Source: Octopus bimaculoides (Eukaryota). Taken from it: a DNA stretch of 64,000 bases. The position numbers and the translations under genes are program-made. The stretch spans positions 522,604 through 586,603 of the forward strand of contig NC_068991.1 of the NCBI RefSeq assembly GCF_001194135.2, given 5' to 3'. This document shows, in pieces, positions 63,511-64,000 of this stretch. Numbering within the stretch: position 1 is the first letter of the stretch; each line of letters begins with the position of its first letter. The notes under the pieces are model-generated. The model had not been told where the DNA came from and did no database searches. It worked only from the letters and a program-made list of their open reading frames with translations.

Positions 63511-63682
63511 GTAGAGAGCGCGGAAACAAGATGGCCACCGAACCCAGAAAACACGGCTAAAATTATACAATGAAAAGCAAAAATTGTTTTGTTAAAACAA
63601 AGAATGACAAGCTCAATAAATTTGCAAAGCAATGCTGTGTCGGATGCAATAATGGAAGCAAAACTTTTGTATCTGACACGAT
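63511..63682 (+). promoter_or_regulatory. Probable housekeeping-type promoter and first exon of an unidentified + gene, head-to-head with SCYL1
   Basis: CGGAA (ETS-like) 63521-63525, AAGATGGCC (YY1 motif) 63528-63536, donor GAT|GTGAGT at 63683. Possible coding start at 63604 (MTSSINLQSNAVSDAIMEAKLLYLTR). Confidence 0.45.
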
Positions 63683-64000
63683 GTGAGTAAAAGGTTCTGT
63701 TCAACATGAAAAGTTCAGCCAGACATAGAGATAAAGGGTCTGTGTGAAAAAAAGTTGCAACGAAGGTGTTGGCGTGAGCAAATGTGTATGCAAAGGTTGA
63801 AACATGTAATGTGTACATATTTTCTTTTAGCACGTTACTGTGCACAGAAATGGAAGAAAAACAATGTTTGTTTGTACAGAGAAATGAAATGCTGGTGGCA
63901 GAAAAATGTCAAATGTATATTGTTTTGGAAAGTTTCTTTGGCCAATGCACTGTCCGGCCAGATCTAGTGACATAAGGGTCACTTGAGTTTTGTCGCAACG

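Noticed and set aside
7499-63845. Long ORF-track entries full of X (e.g. 7499-7939, 19782-20492, 49044-49605, 62883-63845)
   Set aside because: They span N gaps (7570-7897, 15294-15509, 19951-20247, 25933-26126, 27916-27925, 28421-28442, 39970-40013, 49159-49536, 62924-63508) and carry no coding evidence.

Overview
AT-rich, microsatellite-laden animal genomic scaffold with nine N-gaps. The repeat families resemble those I recall from octopus (coleoid cephalopod); this is an inference. Four spliced protein-coding genes can be reconstructed with consistent exon phases: the last five exons of NCKAP1/Nap1 (+, 559-5445); a cysteine-free CD225/dispanin-family membrane protein (-, 12521-17579); a complete six-exon ZCRB1/U11-U12-31K gene (-, 32990-40271, 208 aa); and 19 exons of SCYL1 (-, 46826-61297), whose first coding exon probably lies in the 62924-63508 gap. 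Mobile DNA includes a maT/DD37D-like Tc1-mariner fossil, a Helitron RepHel fossil, several RTE LINE fragments, MITEs, a Penelope-type remnant carrying a hammerhead ribozyme, and many copies of at least three tRNA-headed SINE families. The best leads are a hidden in-frame two-exon cassette inside a SCYL1 intron, two minimal hammerhead folds, a 129-nt near-perfect hairpin, a pri-miRNA-like hairpin, and candidate antisense transcripts nested in the dispanin and ZCRB1 genes. There are no CRISPR arrays, and I recognised no rRNA or bona fide tRNA genes. Repeat boundaries are approximate, and family names come from recalled motifs, not database searches.
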